Origin: Eledone cirrhosa
Lineage: Eukaryota
NCBI GenBank assembly: GCA_964016885.1
Contig: OZ024744.1
Span: forward strand, 78,244,001-78,308,000
Length of the DNA stretch: 64,000 bases
Direction of reading: 5' to 3'
Shown: positions 23,005-34,897 of the stretch, one piece after another
Layout of the letters: every line of letters begins with the position of its first letter
Numbering within the stretch: the first letter of the stretch is position 1
Notes under the pieces: generated by a model
What the model was told of the DNA's origin: nothing
Databases searched by the model: none
The model's input: the letters and a program-made list of their open reading frames with translations, nothing else
Made by a program: the position numbers and the translations under genes

Positions 23005-23195
23005 ATTGGTGGATTGGCAGTATCGGTAGAGGGTCGGACGCCATGCTTTCTAGCATAGTTACGTCCCTTTACGATCTGAGTTCAAATCCCGCCGAGGTTG
23101 ACTTTGCCTCTCATCATTACGGGGTCGATAAAATAAAGTACCAGTAATGCACTGGGTAATTGCTGGCCTTGTGCCTAACGTAGAAACAATTAATT
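23005..23195 (+). mobile_element. SINE (same family as 8115-8325)
   Basis: tgagttcaaatcccgccgaggttgactttgcc...ggggtcgataaaataaagtaccag. Confidence 0.8.
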
Positions 23196-23282
23196 AATGC
23201 AGTTAATTGTGTACATAGTACAGAGTGAATCAATGATGACTTTGGTTGGAGACTGATGGTGTCATTAAATAGGTCTTGGTTA

Positions 23283-23815
23283 AAACGGTGATCAGGATGT
23301 TTCATTGAGAATCGATGACGGTACCAGCGAGATTTAAAGGTACCGTCATCGATTCTCAATTAAACGTCCTGATCACCGTTTTGTGACCACGTTCGCCAAC
23401 AAGACCTGGCAACTCCGTGAACGCAACCAACAGTTCACCTTGAAATGGAATATACTTTCCAGCGCAAGTGCATATCGGAGTGGATTGAAGTACTGTAGGT
23501 TATGTAACCTTGAACTCTTTTACATATTAAAATCCAAAAATACATTACTAAATGATAGAATCGAACGATCATTATACTGCAACCACAAACTAAAAGCTAA
23601 ATTCTCTCACTATAAAATAACTTAACATTCGAACCCGTAACTATAACATTGCTTTCTAGCTAACCACTTTCTCTTCCCCCACACTACAAGACAATACCTT
23701 GCTTATCACTATAAATGAGAACTTAGTGCAATTCGTAGATTACTACTATGAACCCAATGTTCACCCACCCCTTAGCTTTCGTCTGTCCCCTCTCTATCTC
23801 TCCCTCTCTATCAAT

Positions 23816-23870
<55 letters not shown>

Positions 23871-24120
23871 CCTCTCCCCTTCTTTTCTCTCTTCCTTTTC
23901 TACTCTATCTTCACCAATAACCTCACTTAAGGGTATTTACATTGTACATTTTAACCATTCTGCTCTGATGATACAGTGGTCACAGCATTTGATATTTGAG
24001 TATTGCAAATAGTTATAAATTTGCACATAGCATAACTAGGCTGTATAACCACCGTGAAAACATTTGTAAGCACACAGAATAAATTATCTTTTTATAATGT
24101 CTACCTGTTATTATTCATTC
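23283..24120 (+). mobile_element. 5'-truncated Naiad-like Penelope element (GIY-YIG C-terminus plus 3' UTR with hammerhead) with 5' inversion
   Basis: Plus strand: YRHRFSIKRPDHRFVTTFANKTWQL..KWNIL..AY..KYCRLCNLE..LLN.R.E..C.H. The inverted arm 23283-23325 encodes TFKSRWYRHRFS on the minus strand. Confidence 0.75.
23961..24072 (+). ncRNA. Type I hammerhead with a long (about 80 nt) stem II extension
   Basis: TGCT CTGATGA t ACAGTGGT...ACCACCGT GAAA ACA tt TGTA AGCA. Confidence 0.65.
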
Positions 24121-24442
24121 TTTATATATATATATATACAATTTCAAGTTATTAATAATGTAGTGATAATATATCATCACGTTAGAGATGAACAGCGTAC
24201 GTGTAGGTTTGCTCAACGAGTATAAATTATATTCCGGAGAAAATGTAGAAAAGATGAATATAAAATGAAAGTGCTTTTATAAAGGAATTTATTAGGTATT
24301 GACATATGTTTCTGTAACAGACGGAATACCTATGTATCGCTGCTTGCGTAATCATATAATGTTAGCAAGTATTTGATAGCAAATGTATAATCAGTTGTCA
24401 CTTCTTCAGAGATATTGGATAAATTGGAAAAAAATCAGAAAA

Positions 24443-25265
24443 ATTAATAGATGGGTTGTTGTGAACTTTGGGGACATGGTAGTGAACATAAATAGATGAG
24501 TCTTGTGAACACTGTGACATAACAATGAACATTAATAGATGGGTTGTTGTGAACTTTGGGGACATGGTAGTGAACATAAATAGATGAGTCTTGTGAACAC
24601 TCTGCCATAGCAATGAACATTAATACATAGGTCTTGGTGAACACTGTGACATAGCAATGAACATTAATACATAGGTCTTGGTGAACACTCTGTCATAGCA
24701 ATGAACATTAATACATAGGTCTTGGTGAACACTCTGCCATAGCAATGAACATTAATACATAGGTCTTGGTGAACACTCTGCCATAGCAATGAACATTAAT
24801 ACATAGGTCTTGGTGAACACTGTGACATAGCAATGAACATTAATACATAGGTCTTGGTGAACACTGTGACATAGCAATGAACATTAATACATAGGTCTTG
24901 GTGAACACTGTGACATAGCAATGAACATTAATACATAGGTCTTGGTGAACACTCTGCCATAGCAATGAACATTAATACATAGGTCTTGGTGAACACTCTG
25001 CCATAGCAATGAACATTAATACATAGGTCTTGGTGAACACTGTGACATAGCAATGAACATTAATACATAGGTCTTGGTGAACACTCTGCCATAGCAATGA
25101 ACATTAATACATAGGTCTTGGTGAACACTCTGCCATAGCAATGAACATTAATAGATGGGCCTTGGTGATGACTGAAACATAGCAGTGAACATTAATAGAT
25201 GGATCTTGGTGAACATTGGGACATGGTAGTGAACAGTAATATATAGGTATTTGTGAACACTGACA
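24443..25265. repeat. 44-bp minisatellite (about 18 units; homogeneous core 24608-25150)
   Basis: Unit tagcaatgaacattaatacataggtcttggtgaacact(ctgcca/gtgaca). Diverged outer units form an 88-bp higher-order dimer. Confidence 0.95.
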
Positions 25266-25530
25266 TTATAGTGAAAACTCAACTAGTAGATATTCAGGAA
25301 TGGACTGAATAGCTTAGCAATTACACCAAACTTAATTCAAAAACATTATCACAGTAAAGAAATTTGTACATAAAACATTATGGTAGTTAAGGAATGAGTT
25401 CATTATCATGTCATTTGTGATTGGTACAACTGGAATGATATGCAATCATGATTGTATATATATATATATATACATACATATATATATATATATACATATA
25501 TGCATACATATATATATATATATATTTTTC

Positions 25531-25573
<43 letters not shown>

Positions 25574-25599
25574 TAAATATATATAAATAAATATACATG

Positions 25600-25828
25600 C
25601 CAGACAGTCCACGCTGTAATGTGGCCGTGTAGGCAACACGGTAAAAACCTCCCAGCCCCACACTGTAAATGTGGTTGGTGTTAGGAAGGGCATCCAGCTG
25701 TAGAAAACCCGCCAGACAGTCCTATGCGAGCAAGACAACCACTCTTGCCTCAAGTGGGAAAACCCCCGTCTAAACCCATGCAAGCGTGGAACAGGGACGT
25801 TAAACGATGATGATGATGATGATGATGA
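25600..25828 (+). mobile_element. RTE 3' UTR fragment
   Basis: Matches 7305-7519 and ends in a (GAT)n tail. Confidence 0.85.
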
Positions 25829-27168
25829 TATATATGTATATATGTATATATATATACATATATTGGTAAAAGGAAAAGAAAATGGTGACTAATTTTTCCC
25901 AGTGAAAAGTAGTTTAATTAGGAATAAGTAAAAATTAGTAATAAGTATTGGTTAGTATTCAGTTTTAGTTTTAAGTTTTTACTGGTTGCACATTTCTAAT
26001 GCTTTTCAAAAATAATTTTGAGATAGAGCGCCCGTGATGTTTGCTCTAATCTGATTAGTTTTGGAAATTCTACCTGTTTTATGTGAAAAAAGTGGCTCCA
26101 GAGGTATTAAAATAAGTTTCGCGCCAATTCGTGTTGCAAAAATTCTTGTGGTCAAAACAATTTTGATTGGTCGGGAGAGGTCACGTGAATGTTAAAAATT
26201 CATTTTGCGCCAAATGTAGGTTTGTCAAAGACTGTCCTTTTCCGCCTGATTGAGAAGTCACTGAAAAATGAGTCTTTTAAGACAAATATGTGTGTGCGTG
26301 TGTAGTAAAGAGGTTCATTGTTGTGATAATGGTCAGTAGGGATGTGTGTGTGAATTGCAGTCATGTTGAAAGGTCAACAGTTCAGGTGTCTATTAAGACA
26401 AATATGTGTGTGTGTGCGTGTGTATGTGTGTGTGTGTGTGTGTGTGTGTAGCAGAGTAATTCATGGGAGAGGGATCAGCCAGTAGGAATGTGTCTGTACG
26501 TGTGTGGGGATATTTTAACATGTTGAAAGATATTTTTCAGCTCTTGTCTTATACGGAGAAGTATGTGTGTGTGTGTGTGTGTGTATATGTCTCTTTGTAT
26601 GTTAGTGTACGCGTGTGTATGTGTGTGTGTATATATGTGTGTGTGTGTGGGTGGACCAGTATTTTTGTGATACTGGTAAAAATGGTGTACATTATTCGAT
26701 ATTTTCAGTAAAAACGATTCTCTCAATAGAACATCAAAAACCTTAATAATAAAAGGTGTGAAATGATATATAGTATTGTCATAACACCAAGGTGTGTGTG
26801 AGTGTCCAGATTGTACGTACTGAAAGGGGAATCCATTAGGCCTTGCCGTATTGGAATACTTGTGTACAAATATGTATGTGCCCATCAGTGTGCAATGCAT
26901 GTGTGCGTTTATGTATGTGTGTGTGTCGGCACCGTTATATCTATAGACATCAAAAGGTATGCAAATTTGTGTATATTTGTGTTGCACCATAGAACATGTG
27001 TGTTTACGTATGTCATTGTGTTTATATGTGGATAGAGATGTGTGTAGGATGTATGCCGATGTAGGTATGTATGTTGACGTGTGTATGTTGTGGGTATATA
27101 CATATATACATATATATATATAATTGAAATATATATATATATATGTATGTATATATAATTGAAAAATA

Positions 27169-27199
<31 letters not shown>

Positions 27200-27203
<4 letters not shown>

Positions 27204-27428
27204 GAACGAGTAGGACCCCGACGGCTGAGCTCAAGCCGTTTCGACGGCTAATTCTGGACTAAAAAAAAAAAAATTTTTCTTTTCTTTTAGTCCAGAATTA
27301 GCCGTCGAAACGGCTTGAGCTCAGCCGTCGGGGGCCTACTCGTTCCTATTCCCCACTCTACTATCCTAAGTATTGAGTACTTTGGTGTGCGTTATGGTCC
27401 ACCTGGTTCCTTACCACATTTCCTTCGT

Positions 27429-27430
<2 letters not shown>
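27200..27430. mobile_element. Short dispersed repeat with a roughly 150-bp fold-back palindrome (27200-27349)
   Basis: ataggaacgagtagg..gctgagctcaagccgtttcgacggctaattctggact and its reverse complement. The tail 27350-27430 recurs inverted at about 35245-35316 and 53593-53700. Confidence 0.75.
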
Positions 27431-27459
<29 letters not shown>

Positions 27460-27518
27460 CAACGCTCTGATACCATCAACACTATAAACACAGAGCAAGC
27501 ATATCTAAGAACTGACTA

Positions 27519-27574
27519 ACTGCCTGATGAGGTCATAGCCATTCAATGGCTATCATCGAAATATATATAGCAGT
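27519..27574 (+). ncRNA. Type I hammerhead ribozyme
   Basis: ACTGC CTGATGA GGTcATAGCCAT tca ATGGCTATcATC GAAA TATATA TA GCAGT, with a 5-bp stem I and palindromic stem III. Confidence 0.75.
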
Positions 27575-27642
27575 AAATAAAGGATTATGAGTTCATGCAA
27601 TTGACTTATGTTTCGTCACTAAATGTATGTATATATATATAC

Positions 27643-27680
<38 letters not shown>

Positions 27681-27688
<8 letters not shown>

Positions 27689-28061
27689 ATACTTTGGGAG
27701 GGTCATGTTGCCAATAAGAAACACACGCACCAGTTGCTTTCACTTCAATTTATTATAATAAATTTATAAATTTAGGAATTTATAAATTTCCGGTTGGTTG
27801 GTTCCACAACCAGATGGTTGTTTATATATTGTCAAAGTTCTTTCGTCACACATTCTATGACCTCTTCAGTGACTGGGGATTCTTTTCTTTGTTTTTGTGC
27901 CTCTCCTTTGTTCTGTCCTATGCCATTTTGTTGGAACCAACCAACCAACCGGAAATTTATAAATTCCTAAATTTATAAATTTATTATAATAAATTGAAGT
28001 GAAAGCAACTGGTGCGTGTGTTTCTTATTGGCAACATGACTCTCCCAAAGTATAACAATAT
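27681..28061. mobile_element. Inverted-repeat module (about 125-bp arms) enclosing a hammerhead
   Basis: 27681-27805 is the reverse complement of about 27933-28061, and the module is flanked by TA runs. Confidence 0.8.
27831..27873 (-). ncRNA. Type I hammerhead ribozyme
   Basis: Minus strand: GTCA CTGAAGA g GTCA tagaatgtg TGAC GAAA G aa C TT TGAC. Confidence 0.7.
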
Positions 28062-28198
28062 CGGTTTCAACACACGTTTTGAGATAAAGAATCTTGCTAA
28101 ACAAATTCAGAAACGAAATATATATATATATGTGTACACATATATATGAATATATATGTATGTATATATATATATACATTTGTGTATATATATATGTG

Positions 28199-28229
<31 letters not shown>

Positions 28230-28266
28230 GTGTGTGTGTATATATATATATATATATTGTTGTGCT

Positions 28267-28670
28267 CATGGAGAGAAATGAAGCAAGCATGCTCCGTTGG
28301 ATGTGCAATGTCAATGTGCATGAACGGCCAAGCATAGATGAGTTGAGAGAGAAACTGTGTATAAGAGGGATAAGTTGTAGTGTGTGAGAGAGAAGGCTGA
28401 GATGGTATGGTCATGTGATGCGCATGGAGGATGACCGCTGGGTAAAGAAGTGCCAAGAAATCTGAATAGAAGGAAGACGCAGTAGAGGAAGATCACAAAA
28501 ATCATGGACGGAGGTGGTGAGAGCTGACCTCAGATCGCTGAAGCTCACAGAGGAGATGACGAAGGACCGTGACAAGTGGAGAGATGCTGTGCTGAATAGG
28601 ACCCGTCCCACCCTTGCAAGGAGGGAAAAGCAGACGTAAAATGATGATGATGATGATGATGATGATGGTG
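28267..28670 (+). mobile_element. 5'-truncated RTE LINE (short-3'UTR subfamily as at 40190-43450)
   Basis: [13 protein letters not shown]..., ending cccacccttgcaaggagggaaaagcagacgtaaaa(tga)n. Confidence 0.9.
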
Positions 28671-28691
28671 ATATATATATAGATATCTATA

Positions 28692-29272
28692 TCATCATCA
28701 TCACCGTTTTACGTCCGTTCTTCCACGCTAGCATGGGTTAGACGGGTTGTCCTGTTGTGGGCAGTGTCTGGTCGGCTGACCATGCCTTGCTCATACAGGA
28801 ACTGATCTGGCTTGATTTCTACAGCTGGATGCCCTTCCTAACACCAACCTCATTTACAGTGAGTGCTGGGTGCTTTTTCGTGGCACCTACACGTCCACTT
28901 TACAGTGTGGGCTGGGTGCTTTTTTGCCGTGGCACCTCCACGACCACCTTGCGGTGGGGGGGGGGCATATTGTCTATATGCTTCAGCATGTACCCATGGG
29001 AGGTCGGGTACCCTGTATTACTGCGTGACGCCAGAAGTCACGGTCGTGTGTCATTGACTTTGAGAGGTGTAGTTGGGTAAGTTCGGCTTTTATCACCTCA
29101 TCCCAGGTCCTCTTGGGTCTCCCCACTCCGCGGTTTCCATCAACTTCTAGTGCTCTGCACCTTTTTATGCAGCTGTCATCCTTCATACGCATCACATGTC
29201 CATACCAGCGTAACCGCCTCTCCTGCACACAGCATTTGATTCCTCTTATGCTCAGTCTCTCTCTCAATTCCT
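28692..29272 (-). mobile_element. 5'-truncated RTE LINE
   Basis: [29 protein letters not shown]...GRPKRTW, with 3' UTR and tail. Confidence 0.9.
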
Positions 29273-29285
29273 TTATATATATATG

Positions 29286-29337
29286 GGTTTTCCTGGTGAT
29301 TTCTCCTGAATGAAACAGTTCTAGTCCTGTAGAAGCC
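29286..29337 (+). ncRNA. Hammerhead-like motif, core CTGGTGA
   Basis: GGTTTTC CTGGTGA tttctcctgaat GAAA CAG ttctagtc CTG TA GAAGCC. Confidence 0.55.
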
Positions 29338-29529
29338 ATTTCTATGTTAAATATTTATACTCTGCTATGTATTGATTACCTTATTTATTGTGATTACCTC
29401 TGTTTGAACCCGGGATAAACATATATATATATATATACACACACACATATATATACATATATATACACACACACACACATTTATATATATATATATATAT
29501 GACCATGACCTCTGGTGTCATGTCACATG

Positions 29530-29899
29530 AGACCGTGACCTCTGGCTTCACGCAGTAATACAGAGTACCCGATCTCCCACGGGTACAAGCCGAAGCTGAA
29601 GCATATAGACAATATGCCCCCACACCCTCCCACTGCAAAGTGGTCGTGGAGGTATCATGACAAAAAAGCACCCAGCCCACACTGTAAAGTGGACGTGTAG
29701 GCGCCACGGAAAAAAGCACCCAGCACTCACTGTAAATGAGGTTGGTGTTAGGAAGGGCATCCAGCTGTAGAAATCAAGCCAGAATCAGTTCCCGTATGAG
29801 CAAGACAAGGTCAGCCGACCAGACACTGCTCACAACAAGACAGCCCGTCTAACCCATGCTAGCGTGGAAGAACGGACATAAACGGTGATTATGATGATG

Positions 29900-29900
<1 letters not shown>
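29530..29900 (+). mobile_element. RTE 3' end
   Basis: Reverse complement of the 28692-29050 UTR, ending in a (GAT)n tail. Confidence 0.85.
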
Positions 29901-29949
<49 letters not shown>

Positions 29950-30124
29950 CTTTCCTTTGCATTTGATAGATTGTGTTTATATTTGTGATTATATTTTCAT
30001 TCCAAAAATGAAACATTTAAAATGTTTACTAAATGAAACAATTAGTGCTTTCAAATGTAAACAATATATCAAAATGTATTTTATAGACCTTAAATACAAA
30101 TGAAGTTTATATATATATACACAC

Positions 30125-30180
<56 letters not shown>

Positions 30181-30184
<4 letters not shown>

Positions 30185-30400
30185 GTAAAAGGTAAATAGA
30201 AATAACAACACAATCGGTTCAGTATATGGAAGGAATATATTAGGTTAACACTTGAAATAGCAGGAAGAGGGCCTTAACGTTTCAGACGCTAGTCCTTCAT
30301 CAGAAGAAAGAATGAGGAATAAGATAGCTTGAAGGGACAGACAGGGTGGAATTGGAAAAAATGTCTTTAGATAAAAATAACAGGTCCATTCATGTTGCCA
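30181..30400 (-). mobile_element. Solo pLTR of the Neptune-like element at 35830-39330
   Basis: Near-identical to 35830-36036 and inserted between (GT)n runs. Confidence 0.85.
30272..30307 (-). ncRNA. Minimal type I hammerhead (palindromic stem III)
   Basis: Minus strand: TCTT CTGATGA aGGAC tagc GTCt GAAACGTT AAGG. Confidence 0.75.
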
Positions 30401-30437
<37 letters not shown>

Positions 30438-30494
30438 TACTGCAGCTGTAAATCACCAAGTTCTAATCAGCTTTTTTTTCAAATGAAATAACAT

Positions 30495-30640
30495 TTTAAC
30501 TTACGGCCCTTTATGATTTGAGTTCAAATCCCACCGAGATTAACTTTGCCTTTCATCTCATCCTTGCGGGGTCGATAAAATAAAGTACCAGTAATGTAGT
30601 GGGGTAATTGCTGGCCTTGTGCCTAAAGTAGAAACAATTA
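30495..30640 (+). mobile_element. SINE (same family as 8115-8325), 5'-truncated
   Basis: tgagttcaaatcccaccgag...gtcgataaaataaagtaccag. Confidence 0.75.
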
Positions 30641-31049
30641 TTATTATTGTTGTGTTGTTGGTTTATTTTATTTTATTTTTATTTTTTTCAGATTCTGAAT
30701 ATTTAATGTTTAAAATATAAAAGTCCAAAGAGCAAAGACCATTAGAAAAAAGGAAAAAGTATATTTTAGAGGTAGTGGGGATAGGGATGGGGGGGGGGGG
30801 GGGGATCATGCTAAATGTGACGTGGGTGGCCAATATCATTAATTTTGAACATTTTTGTTAACTATAAACATCCTTGTTAATCTGGCACACTATTATGCAT
30901 GTTCTTCAAGATGTCCCATGCCACATTTTTGTTCCAATAAAGGAAAAAAAGAAACTCTTTCTTTTGTTTTTATGCCACATTATGTTAGATGGTTGGAAAA
31001 TATACCATCAAGAGTTATTACATATATGTGTGTATATACATGCGTATAT

Positions 31050-31244
31050 CAGACCTATTGACCTCTAAAAACCCAAAGGGGGAGTACCATGAAGAAAAGT
31101 GCCCTAAAACGGGGAGAAATGAGTCAAAATGGAGAGATTTTACATAATGAAAGCTATACCCATTTTCACAAGAGAAGACATCTTTCACCCACCCCAAAGT
31201 GGGTGGGAGATCTTCCCGTCCTCTGGAGAGAGTCGACAGGTCTG
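31050..31244. mobile_element. hAT-like MITE
   Basis: TIRs CAGACCTATTGAC / GTCGACAGGTCTG. A second copy lies at 31480. Confidence 0.75.
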
Positions 31245-31245
31245 G

Positions 31246-31457
31246 TATCATCATCATCATCATCATCATCGTTTAACGTCCATCTTCCACGCTTGCATGG
31301 GTTTGGACGGGAATTTTCCCACTTGTGGCAAGATTGGTTGTCTTGCTCGTATAGGAATGTCTGGCGGGTTTTCTATGGCTGGATGCCGTTCCTAACACCA
31401 ACCACATTTACAGTGTGGACTGGGAGGTTTTTACCGTGTTACCTACACGACCTCATT
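31246..31457 (-). mobile_element. RTE 3' UTR fragment
   Basis: (cat)n followed by cgtttaacgtccatcttccacgcttgcatggg. Confidence 0.85.
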
Positions 31458-31479
31458 TATATATGTATATATTATATAT

Positions 31480-31649
31480 CAGACCTGCCAACCTCTAAAA
31501 ACCCAAAAGGGGAGTACCATGAAAAAAAGTACCCCAAAACGGGGAGAAATGAGGCAAAATGGGGAAATTTTACATAAAGAAGACATCTCTTACCCACCCC
31601 AAAATGGGTGGGTGATCTCCCCATTGGATGGGGAGAGTTGACAAGTTTG
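31480..31649. mobile_element. hAT-like MITE (second copy)
   Basis: CAGACCTGCCAAC ... GTTGACAAGTTTG, with the body matching 31050-31244. Confidence 0.75.
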
Positions 31650-32299
31650 ATATATGTATATTTTATTGTTCATCAACATATTTCTTTTATACACAGAGCC
31701 TTGTTAATTAAGCTTTATAGCAAGCTTCCCCCCCCCCCCCCCCCACCCAGGGGGGGGGGGGATAATTGCATAATGCTCATATTGGCTCATTCACTGAAAG
31801 AAAGGCCAAAAAGAAAACTCTTGATATACTTTTAAGCAAGGTGTTGTAACCAACCAACAGGTAGTATAAAAAAACAAAAAATAATAATAATAAAAATACA
31901 ATGGAAATATTGTTTTCTTGGTCTAATCTAATGATAGGGTTTTTTTCCTTTTTTTATGTATTTTACAAGGCATGAATACTACAAGATAATAACAACAATA
32001 ATAACAAGAAGAATGATGATGATGATGTTGATAATGATATATATATTTTTAAGTAATTTAAAATTAAATTATTGCATAAAATATTTCATTGAACAGTTTT
32101 GTCATTTTGTTAATGTGTCATACGCATAGTTGTTGAATATAACTTGACATTTAAAGCTGACAAACTACTTTATTTGAATTCACAATTAAGATATATTTCT
32201 ATTTGAAGAGGGTGTTGAATCTAAGCCAGCCAGTCAATATTCTTCTGAGCTCATTTTTTTACATGTATACGTGTGTGTGTGTGTGTGCATGTGTGCGCA

Positions 32300-32615
32300 T
32301 GTGTAATGTTAATGTGCATGAATAACGGAGCATAAATGAGTTGAGAGATAAACTGGGTATCAGAGAAAACAGATATAGTGTGTGCAAGATAATGCTAGAA
32401 TGGACATGTGATGCACATGGAAAATGACAGCTCTATAAAAAAGTGTAAGACACTCAAGGTAGATGTGAGCTGAGAAAGAGGAAAACCAAAGAAAACATGG
32501 GACAACATGGTGAAGACCAATCTTGAAAAGCTAAACCTCACAAAAGAAATTAAAAAGGACAGTAATGTTTGGTAAAAGTGCATAAAAAGACCTGCCCTCC
32601 CATGCAAATATGGTA
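32300..32615 (+). mobile_element. Degenerate RTE 3' fragment
   Basis: agcataaatgagttgagag..tggacatgtgatgcacatgg..gaggaaaaccaaagaaaacatggg. Confidence 0.65.
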
Positions 32616-33457
32616 AAACAAACCCTAAAATAGTAGGGCTAGTGGTGATGTGGTGAAGACTTACCTCACAAAGTTGGACCTCACAGAGATGACACAGGAT
32701 GGAGTTGACTGGTGATTTGCTGTACTGCAACAGACTCATGAAAGTAGGATGAGACCTTCATTGACATATAGATTCCCAGTCCCACTGCTAATTCTTTTAA
32801 CACCACTCTCCACCCTGGTCTTGTCTCCCTTAACATCCTCTGCACCCTTGCTATCTAGATATCTTGATGCACACCTTGATCCTTTACCCACCTATCACTT
32901 GCTATCTAAATTCAATGCTGCCCTTACAAAAAGGAATATTTTGGCTACTGATTTTATGCGCCTATTCCCAGCCCCTATGAGTTGCCAGATCTCTTGAAGG
33001 CCACTAACTCTCATTTTCTCCCCTTCCTTTCCTGAGTGATGATTCTCTGACCAAGCAATATGTAGCTGTCACTGATTTTACAGTGTCACTCCATTCATAC
33101 ACACATCTACCTCCTTCCCATCACTGCTCCTCTATGTCAGGCTAAGAGCCATGTGATCACCATAGTGTCAATGACATGTTGGAATGCACTCAGTGCACTC
33201 AACAGCAAGTGATAATATCTGTGCTACAACGAAAGAAACAATGCTGAACTGGAATGTCATGAGCAAGGTGTGGCCATTTGACACTGCTAGACTCAGAACA
33301 TGACAATTAGTCAAATATATTGGCAAAAGAAGTGAATGTGAAATGATAATGATGATGATATATGTATATATAATAGGTGGTAGCATGGTTGTGTTTTTAA
33401 GCAGTTTACATATATAATGTAAATGTATGTATATATATGTGTGTGTGTGTATATATA

Positions 33458-34845
33458 TCTATATATCTAAAACAGAGAATGTCTGTATGTCTGACTCCCT
33501 AAAACTCGAGAACAACCCAACCGATTGTTTTCAAACTTTACACATGTAATACTTATGGTCGTGTGAGTGTTTCGAATTTTCAATGCCTTAGGGACCGCAT
33601 TAGGTGATTTAGCGATCTCTCTCTATAATTCTTAATCTTTCTTTTTAGATACATACATAAATATAACGTCACACCCTTATAATATCTGTCTGTATGTCTG
33701 GCTGTCTGCATTACGACATTATGACGCTATATGTGTGTGTGTGTGTGTGTATGTATATATAGTGTGTGTATATATCTACTATATAAATTGGAAGTGGTCG
33801 GACGTTGTATATTTAAGTAAGTAGTTGTAGTCGTATAAACGTCAAAACAGCTTGGTGGAATGCAGCGAAAATTTACACAGTTATGCAGAATGACCCGATG
33901 AGGCGTTGAGTCGACTATCAAGCTACAAGCTGCCATGGTTACGGAGAAAACCGATGAAACAGGAATTTCCCATTCAAATTGAACTGAGATTAATCTGTGA
34001 ACGCAGAAGTAAAAATTTCGAGAAACGTTGCAACCGAACGAAAACAGGAAGACGATATTTTGGTTCGTAAAGACGTTCCCTGGTAATGAACGGGAAAAAA
34101 AGCGAGGATAATACGTTGTTATGTGGAACGAGAAGAACAATTTCATGCAAAGACAAGACCAAGTTTATGGTATAAATGGAGTCGTTAAACTAATATTGTA
34201 TTTAAAATAACAGAATGATTTCCAGCGGAGTTTAAGAATGATGTAAATAAAATTGAAAACGAAAATGACAGAGGTTATTAAAATAGTAAAAGTAAATAGT
34301 GAAGATTTAGGCCAGTACATACATATGCCCCGACGGACATACACATACATACGCACACACAAATACATACCCCCCCCACACACACACACACACGCACACG
34401 AGCGCGCGCGTGTATAAACCTTATGCATTTCTACAGTATTTTCACCAAACTTAAGACATAGGTTACTTATGTACTTCGGATGGTCATGGACACTTTCATT
34501 TTTCCAGATATTGATTATAGGGCCTCCCGGCAGATAACCCCCTTTAACCACTTCCTTGGAGTCGACTGAAGAACTGCAGTGCAATGAAACAAAACGTCAT
34601 AAGTTCTGGAGTTCGCAACCGATTTTCACAAAACTTGACACATGGGCTACGTTTGTCCTACAGGTGAATGTGAACTCTCAGAATTGGCACATATTGAGTT
34701 GGGGACCCCTGGGGGCAGGAACCCTCTTTTGGAAAAAGCCGATGATTTTGTAAAAGTATAATTTTCGAAGTAGCACTGAAGTATTGACATAAATGGTATA
34801 CACAACTGCTATTTAATACCCGAGCAACGCCGGGTACCTCTACTA

Positions 34846-34846
<1 letters not shown>
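33458..34846 (+). mobile_element. Non-autonomous Helitron
   Basis: Starts A|TCTATATATCTAAAACAG..gtctgtatgtctg and ends with the hairpin CCCGAGCAACGCCGGG plus CTAG|T, in TA context. Confidence 0.85.

Positions 34847-34897
<51 letters not shown>

Noticed and set aside
24443-25265. CRISPR-like regular array
   Set aside because: Units are contiguous with no unique spacers (only two variants), there are no cas genes, and the context is eukaryotic. It is a minisatellite.
26463-27234. Several Y/I/H/T/C/V-rich ORFs
   Set aside because: They are products of (TA)n/(CA)n microsatellites. The same applies at 28.0-28.4, 35.1-35.5, 39.9-40.2 and 43.7-44.0 kb.
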